This document shows positions 57,097 to 64,000 of a DNA stretch of 64,000 nucleotides, in pieces (position 1 is the first letter of the stretch; every line of letters begins with the position of its first letter). Below the pieces are notes generated by a model. The model worked only from the letters and a program-made list of their open reading frames with translations. It ran no database searches and was not told the DNA's origin. This DNA is from an uncultured Candidatus Berkelbacteria bacterium (lineage in GTDB: Bacteria; Patescibacteriota; UBA1384; UBA12157), in contig CAIRFN010000009.1 in the NCBI GenBank assembly GCA_903877885.1, positions 8,218 to 72,217 of the forward strand. The letters are read 5' to 3'. Position numbers and translations under genes: made by a program.

Positions 57097-58161
57097 ATGA
57101 AAAAAGAATTTTTAACTGGCAATGAAGCGGTGGTTCGCGGCGCGTTGGCCGCTGGCGCAAAGATGCTGACTGGCTATCCAATCACTCCAACCACCGAAAT
57201 AATGCATTATTGGTCAAGAGAACAAGCCGACCCGATGAACTTAGATCGCGGAATTAAATTTCTGCAAACCGAAGATGAAATGGCGGCTGGTTTTGCCATG
57301 ATCGGCGGCGTTCTAGCTGGCGTCAAAGCATATACTGCCACGGCCGGCCCGGGAAATGTCTTAATGCAAGACGCTTTTTCCATGGCTGAAAACTTACGAC
57401 TGCCAACTGTCGCCTTTATCAACCAGCGGGGTGGGCCTTCAACTGGCACAGTCATTTATAGTCAACAAGAAGTTAATTTAACTTGTTTTGGCGGCAATGG
57501 CGAAGGTTTGCGCATTGTTTATTCGGCCAGCTCTGTTCAGGAAATGTTTGATTTTGCCATTCGCGCCTTTAATACTGCCTGGAAATATCGCTTTCCGACT
57601 TTTGTTTTGTCTGACGGCTACACGGCTAAAACCGAAATCGAAATTGAAACATATGAACCAAAAGAAAAAAATATTGATTTGATTGATATCAAACCTTATC
57701 TTTGTGGTAATACTTCTCAAAATTCGGTTAATATTCGAAATTGCTATAATTTAGAAACTGAATTAAACGAAATTGTCACCGCCAACAAACATGCCTTTGA
57801 CGCGATTAAAGCCGAAATTGTCGATTTTGAAGATTATAAAACTGAAGATGCCGATATTATAATTATGGCTCATGGCATTGTCGGCGCCGCCGCTAAAATG
57901 GCTGTCAATCTTTTGCGCGATGATAATATCAAAGCCGGCCTATTTCGACCAATTACCTTAAATCCGTTTCCAGCTGAAGCGGCAAAACAGGCCGCGGAAA
58001 ACGTAAAAGCCATTCTGATTGCCGAATCTTCTTTGGGCCAGTTTGAAAGTATGGTAAAAAATAATTTGTATGGGCAGACTGTGCCGATTGAGGCGCTACT
58101 ATCACCAGCCAAAGGTATTAGCGTTGAAGAAATCGTAGCTAAAGTTAAGGAGATGATATGA
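57097..58161 (+). CDS. porA: 2-oxoacid:ferredoxin oxidoreductase (pyruvate/2-ketoisovalerate type) alpha subunit.
   Basis: GNEAVVRGALAAGAKMLTGYPITPTTEI N-terminal signature. Confidence 0.8.
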   Translation: MKKEFLTGNEAVVRGALAAGAKMLTGYPITPTTEIMHYWSREQADPMNLDRGIKFLQTEDEMAAGFAMIGGVLAGVKAYTATAGPGNVLMQDAFSMAENLRLPTVAFINQRGGPSTGTVIYSQQEVNLTCFGGNGEGLRIVYSASSVQEMFDFAIRAFNTAWKYRFPTFVLSDGYTAKTEIEIETYEPKEKNIDLIDIKPYLCGNTSQNSVNIRNCYNLETELNEIVTANKHAFDAIKAEIVDFEDYKTEDADIIIMAHGIVGAAAKMAVNLLRDDNIKAGLFRPITLNPFPAEAAKQAAENVKAILIAESSLGQFESMVKNNLYGQTVPIEALLSPAKGISVEEIVAKVKEMI

Positions 58162-58889
58162 CCGAACCAGTTTTTCCTAAATCCTGGAAAAAAGAAAGCA
58201 AACCGCATAAATTCTGCCCTGGCTGCGGCCAAGCTTTAGCCTTAAAAATTCTAGGCTATGCCATTGACGAATTAGATATCGCTAAAAAATTGGTCTATGG
58301 TTGCGACATTGGTTGCTCGCTTTTAACCTGGGATATGTTTAATGTCGATACGATTCAAACCCATCACGGCCGAGTTATTCCAACAATGGTTGGTTTTAAA
58401 TTAGCCAAGCCAGAAGCGATTACGATTGCCTTTTTGGGTGACGGTGGTGGTTATGCTATCGGTGCGCAACATTTGGTTAATGCCGCCATGCGTAATGATA
58501 AAATTACTGTAATCTTGATCAATAATGCCAATTATGCCATGACCGGCGGCCAACTAGCACCAACGACTTTAGTTGGTCAGAAAACCGATACCACGCCTAA
58601 TGGCCGCGATGAAGCAGTTTTTGGTAATCCGATTCACGGCCCAGAAATGATTGCCGCCATTGCCGCACCCGGCGCTTACATCGCCCGAACCACATCGAAT
58701 AATTTTGAAGATTGCAAAGATAAAATCAAAAAAGCCTTGCAAAATCAGATTGATGGCAAGGGCTTTAGTTTTGTGGAAATTTTGAGCATGTGTCCGGTTA
58801 ACTGGAAAACAAATACGGTTGAATCACTCGAGTATGTGGATAAAAACATGGCCAATATTTTTCCACTGGGAGAAATAAAAAATGATTAA
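58158..58889 (+). CDS. porB: 2-oxoacid:ferredoxin oxidoreductase beta subunit (TPP-binding).
   Basis: FCPGCGQ...GCS Cys motif. TPP motif FLGDGGGYAIGAQHLVNA...NNANYAMTGGQ. Confidence 0.85.
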   Translation: MTEPVFPKSWKKESKPHKFCPGCGQALALKILGYAIDELDIAKKLVYGCDIGCSLLTWDMFNVDTIQTHHGRVIPTMVGFKLAKPEAITIAFLGDGGGYAIGAQHLVNAAMRNDKITVILINNANYAMTGGQLAPTTLVGQKTDTTPNGRDEAVFGNPIHGPEMIAAIAAPGAYIARTTSNNFEDCKDKIKKALQNQIDGKGFSFVEILSMCPVNWKTNTVESLEYVDKNMANIFPLGEIKND

Positions 58890-59700
58890 AATATTATTAG
58901 CTGGCGAAGGCGGCCAAGGCGTTCAAACCGTAGCCAAGATTATCACTGAAGCGGCTCAAGCTAGAAATGAAAAAACCAGTTTTATTCCGTCGTTTGGTGT
59001 CGAGCAACGCGGCGGAGTAAGTCTTGCTTACATTCAAATCGCCGAGGAAAATATTCCTTATCCTCGCTTTGAAACAGCCGATATTATTGTCGCTTTTTGT
59101 AACCGCGCTATTAAAGCAATCGAAAATTATATTACCGATCAGACGATTTTTATTTATGATAGTTCAGCTATCAGTGACGACTTTCTTGAGCCGATAAAAT
59201 CCAAGGTAAAAATCCATATTGGCATTCCAGCTCAAAAAATCGCTAAAGAAAAATATTCAACCAAAATTTTGAATATGATTTTGCTGGGAGCGCTCGCCCA
59301 TCAATTAAAATTTAATCTTGAAGAAGTTAAATCAGCCACTCACAAAACCTTGGGCGATAAGTTTAAAACCGAAGAAGTCGAAAAAATGAACCTGGATGCA
59401 CTAGCCGAAGGCCTGACGCTATCCGAGAATTTTGATTCTAAATCCGAATTTGTCGGTAGTGGAAAACCGGAAATTAAACTGGAATTTTCTGATGACAAGA
59501 AAACTTGGACTAGATTTCCCGAGCATTGCAAAGGCTGCGGCCTCTGTGTTTTTCGTTGTCCAGTCAAAGCCATTCAATTTAAAAAAGAAGTTGGTTTTTT
59601 GGGCAATCCCCTGCCAGAAGTTGATATTGAAAAATGCATCGCCTGCGGTATGTGTCAGCGAACATGTCCAGATGGAGCGATAAGACTGGAAAAGAAATAA
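58882..59700 (+). CDS. porGD: Fused gamma-delta subunit of 2-oxoacid:ferredoxin oxidoreductase (PorG domain plus 2x[4Fe-4S] ferredoxin).
   Basis: N-terminal LLAGEGGQGVQT (gamma). C-terminal CKGCGLCVFRCP and CIACGMCQRTCP (two ferredoxin-type clusters). Confidence 0.8.
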   Translation: MIKILLAGEGGQGVQTVAKIITEAAQARNEKTSFIPSFGVEQRGGVSLAYIQIAEENIPYPRFETADIIVAFCNRAIKAIENYITDQTIFIYDSSAISDDFLEPIKSKVKIHIGIPAQKIAKEKYSTKILNMILLGALAHQLKFNLEEVKSATHKTLGDKFKTEEVEKMNLDALAEGLTLSENFDSKSEFVGSGKPEIKLEFSDDKKTWTRFPEHCKGCGLCVFRCPVKAIQFKKEVGFLGNPLPEVDIEKCIACGMCQRTCPDGAIRLEKK

Positions 59701-60623
59701 TGGATAAACTAAAAATCGGTTTAATTTATGGCGGCGCTTCGCCAGAACATGAAGTTTCAATTTCAACGGCTAAATCAATTCGCGAAAATATCGATCGCGA
59801 TAGATTTGATGTTGTGGATATTTTTATTGATAAAGACGGCAAATTAAATGAAAACCTTTTAGATAATATCGATGTCGCTTTTCTAGCTGTTCATGGACCA
59901 AATTGTGAAGATGGAAAACTGCAACAATATCTCGAAGATCGAAAAATCAAATATACAGGTTCAGGCGTTAAGGCAAGCCAAATTAATATGGATAAGATTT
60001 TAATGCACGATGCTTTTAAAGCTGCTGGATTGCCAGTCGTCGAATACAAAGGTTTTGATAAAAATAATATCGATCATATAAAAAATTATGTCGAGGAAAT
60101 TGATTGTCCAGTTTTTATCAAACCAAACAATGGCGGTTCGTCAATTGGTATGACAAAAGTTGATTCAATCGACGACCTTGAAAAGGCCATTCAAGAAGCA
60201 TTTAAATTTGATGACAAAATTATAGTTGAGAAAGCGGTTGTAAAACCAAGAGAAATCGAACTGGCTGTTTTAGGCAACAATGATTTGATTATTTCCGAGC
60301 CAGGCGAAATTAATTACCAAGAAGAATTTTATGATTACAATGCTAAATATTTTAATCAAGATACCAGTGTTTTGTTTGACACTTTAGATGAAAATATGAA
60401 TAAAAAGATAAAAGAAATGACATCAAAAGCATATTTAGGTACTGGTTGCAAAGGATACGCCAGAGTAGATTTTCTGATTGATAAAAACGAAAATATTTTT
60501 ATTAATGAAATAAATACACTTCCAGGATGCACAGCAACAAGCATGTTTCCGAAATTAATGGCCAAAAGCGGTATTGGTTACAAAGAGCTCATTTCTCGAA
60601 TAATAAATCTCGCGCTCGAATAA
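59701..60623 (+). CDS. ddl: D-alanine--D-alanine ligase. Start set at the ATG immediately after the por stop; the track ORF starts at 59634 inside porGD.
   Basis: KIGLIYGGASPEHEVSISTAKSI N-terminus. ATP-grasp motifs. Confidence 0.85.
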
Positions 60624-60625
60624 AA

Positions 60626-61243
60626 TTATTCTTTATTTTCGGATTTGAATTTAGGTACTAAACTTTTATAATGTTCGGGATTATTATCGCCTCTAAAAGT
60701 TAGAAAATGCAGATGATCTCTATCTGTCCAACCGGTTTTTCCAGTTGTAGCGATAACTTGACCTTCCTTAACTTTTTTATTGGTTAGAATTTCTTGTGGA
60801 ATAGAATTTTTGGCTAAGTGAGCATATTGTGTAAATTCTACCGTGCCATCTTCGTTTGTATGCCTAATTGTCAAATAATTTAGTTCATCGGCAAAGTCTG
60901 AACTCGGACCCCATTTCTCATGACTGACATCGTAGGCTACGATTAAACCATCTCGTGATGCTAAAACAGGTGTCCCGTCAGGCACTAAAAAATCGATTGC
61001 TTGTTTTTGTACTCCCTGATGCGATTCCGGGCTTCGTGATATTATGAACGGTCCAATCTTTTCTGTAACTTGTTCTGGCGGATCTTGATCAGCAATTTGT
61101 TGACCAAGATCTGTCGCATTTTCAATAATTGGGATCGGAAAGCTGTAATCGCCTTTGGCGACTTCCCCATCTTCTAATGGATCGATTAACTCTGCGTGTT
61201 CAATATTATTTCCGGTTGGTTTTAATGGTTCTGACATATTCAC
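60626..61243 (-). CDS. M23-family peptidase (LytM domain).
   Basis: DFLVPDGTPVLASRDGLIV block. Zinc-ligand block GKTGWTDRDHLHFLTFR. Confidence 0.75.
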   Translation of the reverse strand: MNMSEPLKPTGNNIEHAELIDPLEDGEVAKGDYSFPIPIIENATDLGQQIADQDPPEQVTEKIGPFIISRSPESHQGVQKQAIDFLVPDGTPVLASRDGLIVAYDVSHEKWGPSSDFADELNYLTIRHTNEDGTVEFTQYAHLAKNSIPQEILTNKKVKEGQVIATTGKTGWTDRDHLHFLTFRGDNNPEHYKSLVPKFKSENKE

Positions 61244-61377
61244 CTCATTTATTATCTTTATTCAAAGTTTTCTTTAACCACTCGTCAAATTCATTTTCTT
61301 TTCTTTTATTTTCCGCCATGATTTTGGCGATTTGTTGATTTTGAGAGATCAAACCTTGCTCGCCCACCATTGACTCA

Positions 61378-61425
61378 ACAATACAACCCTGGAAGTTACC
61401 TTCTGGTTTAATTCGAAAGTTTTTG
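61378..61425 (+). repeat. Dispersed intergenic repeat copy 3.
   Basis: caacaatacaaccctggaagttaccttctggtttaattcgaaagttttt. Confidence 0.6.
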
Positions 61426-61430
61426 TTATT

Positions 61431-61931
61431 TTACCAAACTTTAATTTTGTAATCCTCAATTTTTTGGTCTTTGGTAAACGCAAATTCAGCGCGGACGATT
61501 TTATTGGCTAAAACATGCGGTAGCCAAATCCAATCATCAGCCCACATTTTTGCAAATGGCAATTTAGTTTTATTAAACCATTTTGGCTTCATTTCTTCAG
61601 TTTCAATGGGTTTTCCATCCCAACTTTCGGCAATGTAAACCAAGACTTGTTGATTCCAATCTTCCTTTAAATCGACATGTGGAAAGTAAAAATCCAATAC
61701 CGCGACTTTCTTTGGCTTAAGTATTTTAACGCCGATTTCCTCTTCGACCTCACGAATCGCACACTTTAAAATCGATTCATCTTTTTCCGGCTTACCACCA
61801 ACTCCATTAAACCGATCTTTACCAAAACCCCGCTTTTTCATAGCCAGCAAAATCTTATCGTCTTTAACCAGAAAACAAAGTGTAGTCTGTCGCAACGGTT
61901 TTTCAATTTTATTTTTAAATTCATTTATCAT
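61431..61931 (-). CDS. NUDIX hydrolase (MutT-like), flanked by two copies of the dispersed 45-bp repeat.
   Basis: Nudix box GGKPEKDESILKCAIREVEEEIGV. Confidence 0.8.
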   Translation of the reverse strand: MINEFKNKIEKPLRQTTLCFLVKDDKILLAMKKRGFGKDRFNGVGGKPEKDESILKCAIREVEEEIGVKILKPKKVAVLDFYFPHVDLKEDWNQQVLVYIAESWDGKPIETEEMKPKWFNKTKLPFAKMWADDWIWLPHVLANKIVRAEFAFTKDQKIEDYKIKVW

Positions 61932-62002
61932 AATTCTAGTTTAATATTATCTACGCTTTTTTGCAAAATATCGTCTCATTTAGCAATCATCCCCACAGCC
62001 CT

Positions 62003-62023
62003 ACCCTGGAAGTTACCTTCTGG
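62003..62023 (+). repeat. Dispersed intergenic repeat copy 4 (CTACCCTGGAAGTTACCTTCTGG).
   Basis: Core identical. Flank CTACC shared with copy 1. Confidence 0.6.
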
Positions 62024-62335
62024 TCAAATTGAAGTCTAAATTGAAAGTTATTATTATTTTTGCGAAAATTTGGCACAAAAAAGGATCGTGAGATCCTTAA
62101 GATTGAATTAAAATATTTTAGTCATCGCCCTGTGGATAACTTGTGATTTGTTGATCAGTAAATGAAAATGATGCGATCGATGCTTGAGGCGCCGGTCGAG
62201 GATTTTGACGCAATTCTTCAGCAATCGCTTCTTGAACCGAAACCGGTTCTTGATCATTGTAAGGAATGCAAGTGGCAGCCAGTGGCTGACCGGTAAATAC
62301 TTCTCTGTCATTGCCCCATCCTCCTCGTCAAAATA

Positions 62336-62488
62336 TCAACGTTTTGCCATTTTTTTCAACCGTTGATTAAGATCCTTCAGCGCTTGAAGCAATATTTCTG
62401 CTTCGATCTGCTCCTGGCTTTTCCCACGATTACGACGACGGTCCCTGGCCGCACCAGAAGTATCAAAACAATCATCGAAGAAACCCAT
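62336..62488 (-). CDS. Possible small basic protein (50 aa).
   Basis: Strong RBS AAAGGAG 6 nt upstream of ATG. MGFFDDCFDTSGAARDRRRNRGKSQEQIEAEILLQALKDLNQRLKKMAKR. No homology recognised. Confidence 0.3.
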   Translation of the reverse strand: MGFFDDCFDTSGAARDRRRNRGKSQEQIEAEILLQALKDLNQRLKKMAKR

Positions 62489-62559
62489 TTCAGTCTCCTT
62501 TAACAGAAAAGATAGACTAATTATAACGAAATATTTAAATAATGTCAATGCATAGACTA

Positions 62560-62590
62560 AAAAAACAGGCATAAGCCTGATTTTTCGTGG
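62560..62590 (-). terminator. Hairpin plus U7 terminator (CAGGC-ataa-GCCTG) downstream of the 62750 gene; a related copy lies at 63966..64000.
   Basis: Minus strand reads ccacgaaaaatcaggcttatgcctgttttttt. Second copy acaggcctaaacctgatatttttcttgg at the window end. Confidence 0.45.
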
Positions 62591-62749
62591 TGGACCAGAG
62601 CCTAAAAACTTGGAACACTTTCTTTGAGATAGCTATCGACTGGGCACCGAAGTTGAAAAAAATCTACAACTACATTGATGGTCATGCAATAAAACGACTT
62701 CTCTGATAGCACTTTGACAATTGAATAAATTAGATTGCCTTCTAAACTA

Positions 62750-63865
62750 TTACTCGACTTTAATTTTAGTATTTTTATCTTTAATCCAAAATTGCAATGC
62801 TATGAATTTTGCCATTTTTTTGCCTACAAACTTGGCAAAGTCGATCCACTTCTGATCTTTTTCAAACGCTTCTAAATCATCGCCGCGATGATTTATTGAT
62901 ATTCTGTGCCTTTCTTCATCTAGTTTCATTGGTCTGTGATATATTGGAGTATCAGAACTATTTACCCTAATATCTGATCTAGTTATGCGTAAATCAGGAA
63001 GTTCTTGAGTTGCCTCATCAATGATCGAATTAAGTGAACGCCGAGTTACACCTTCATTGATCGCCTCGTCATAACAAGATATCGTAATTTGCCCCGGATG
63101 AGTCTCTGAATACGACTTTATAGTTTCCGTTGATTCATCAATCAAATCAAACATATCCATAATTTGTGTTCTAAACGCTGCTAGCGTTTGTTCGTTTAGT
63201 TCTTTATACTTATGACTACCGGTCGTCAATGATAGATCTGCTCGAATTTGATTTAGATCTTCAGGCACAGACTCCCTGTTTGGATATTTTTCTAGAATTT
63301 GCCAAATCCCTATGTAATTGAATTGTCCGCCGTAAATATAATTTTTTTCTGTATAAGGCATATTATATTTTGCAAATGATTTATTATGCGGGAAAAAGAA
63401 AAATGGTTTCCTAAATCCCTGATTCCATTTTGAGAAATTATAATTTTTCTCTAACTCTTCACAGCAAGCGCTTGCAGCAAATGCCGGCATAAATGCACCT
63501 GTAGGTGCAATATAAATCATATCAGGATTATCCTTGATTAGACCATACATTAAATCAAAAGTATTATGACTTAGATCACCTACAATTTCTTCACATAAAT
63601 GAACGCTACGTTCGGGAGCGATCCTTTCAGCCTCTTTTAGGAGCGTATCTTGGTTATCTTCATATACTTTATCCCATTCAACATCTAGCGGAGATCTGTT
63701 CGCTTCCCCTTCTGTAACCAAGGGGATACTCTTTAACCAGCTAAGGCCTTCTGGGTCTTTTTCTATCTCGGGCTGTGCAACGTTTTCATTATTATGACCT
63801 AAATTAAGACTGCGATCATTTTCAGATATTATTGTGCTTGGATCTATAGGTTGAGATTCATACAT
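62750..63865 (-). CDS. Hypothetical protein (371 aa), flanked by two related terminator-like elements.
   Basis: Long ORF with acidic N-terminal region. No recognisable domain. Confidence 0.5.
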   Translation of the reverse strand: MYESQPIDPSTIISENDRSLNLGHNNENVAQPEIEKDPEGLSWLKSIPLVTEGEANRSPLDVEWDKVYEDNQDTLLKEAERIAPERSVHLCEEIVGDLSHNTFDLMYGLIKDNPDMIYIAPTGAFMPAFAASACCEELEKNYNFSKWNQGFRKPFFFFPHNKSFAKYNMPYTEKNYIYGGQFNYIGIWQILEKYPNRESVPEDLNQIRADLSLTTGSHKYKELNEQTLAAFRTQIMDMFDLIDESTETIKSYSETHPGQITISCYDEAINEGVTRRSLNSIIDEATQELPDLRITRSDIRVNSSDTPIYHRPMKLDEERHRISINHRGDDLEAFEKDQKWIDFAKFVGKKMAKFIALQFWIKDKNTKIKVE

Positions 63866-64000
63866 ATTTACTCCTTAATTTTATTTTATCATCCTAAGTA
63901 TAAAAAGCAACGCAGAAATCCTATCAACTACATCATATAGTTCCAAACTCCGTTGACCTATATACAAAAAATACAGGCCTAAACCTGATATTTTTCTTGG

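Noticed and set aside
1-64000. Possibility of an alternative genetic code (e.g. UGA recoding as in some CPR lineages, or UAA readthrough explaining the split transglycosylase).
   Set aside because: Standard-code translation yields full-length, well-conserved proteins. TGA terminates the RAYT gene and TAA/TAG terminate many conserved genes at expected lengths.
1-64000. CRISPR arrays, cas genes, restriction-modification or toxin-antitoxin modules.
   Set aside because: No regularly spaced direct repeats and no recognisable Cas, methyltransferase or REase motifs were found. The high-GC two-gene island was considered as a TA-like pair, but neither protein shows a known toxin or antitoxin signature.

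Overview
This is a low-GC (about 35%), gene-dense bacterial segment whose gene set suggests a reduced, CPR/Patescibacteria-like genome. It carries a compact divisome and cell-wall set (ftsA-ftsZ, mreB, murA, ddl, sortase, L,D-transpeptidase, several secreted peptidoglycan hydrolases) and few biosynthetic genes. A contiguous fermentative module is present: pgi/pmi, eno, three tandem gpmI paralogs, ADP-forming acetyl-CoA synthetase and a four-subunit pyruvate:ferredoxin oxidoreductase.

Housekeeping genes include the 5' part of a class II ribonucleotide reductase interrupted by an intein with a LAGLIDADG homing endonuclease, rpsU-yqeY-ybeY, lexA plus a dinB operon, hisS, rel, clpC, nusA and dus. 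Two tRNAs are present, tRNA-Ala(CGC) on the minus strand and tRNA-Leu(CAA) on the plus strand. No CRISPR array, cas, restriction-modification or toxin-antitoxin domains were recognised.

Accessory or unusual content:
- A REP-associated tyrosine transposase (RAYT, IS200-like Y1/HuH) bracketed by three copies of a REP-like hairpin, next to a cysteine-rich metallothionein-like gene.
- A roughly 1.2 kb high-GC island (about 21650-22870) with two divergent hypothetical genes around a consensus sigma70 promoter.
- A PaaX-like regulator gene flanked by 20-bp inverted repeats.
- A candidate SOS operator, a direct repeat GTTCG-N6-GTTCG embedded in the promoter spacers of both lexA and the dinB operon.
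- A dispersed roughly 45-bp intergenic repeat in four copies, two of which flank a NUDIX gene.
- tRNA-Ala 3'-end-associated tandem repeats next to three hypothetical genes.
- Tandem paralogous secreted proteins.
- A lytic transglycosylase interrupted by a single in-frame TAA.

Coordinates derived by hand-counting (repeats, promoters, tRNAs) may be off by 1-2 nt; CDS coordinates follow the ORF track, with start codons adjusted where RBS, signal-peptide or homology evidence was clear.
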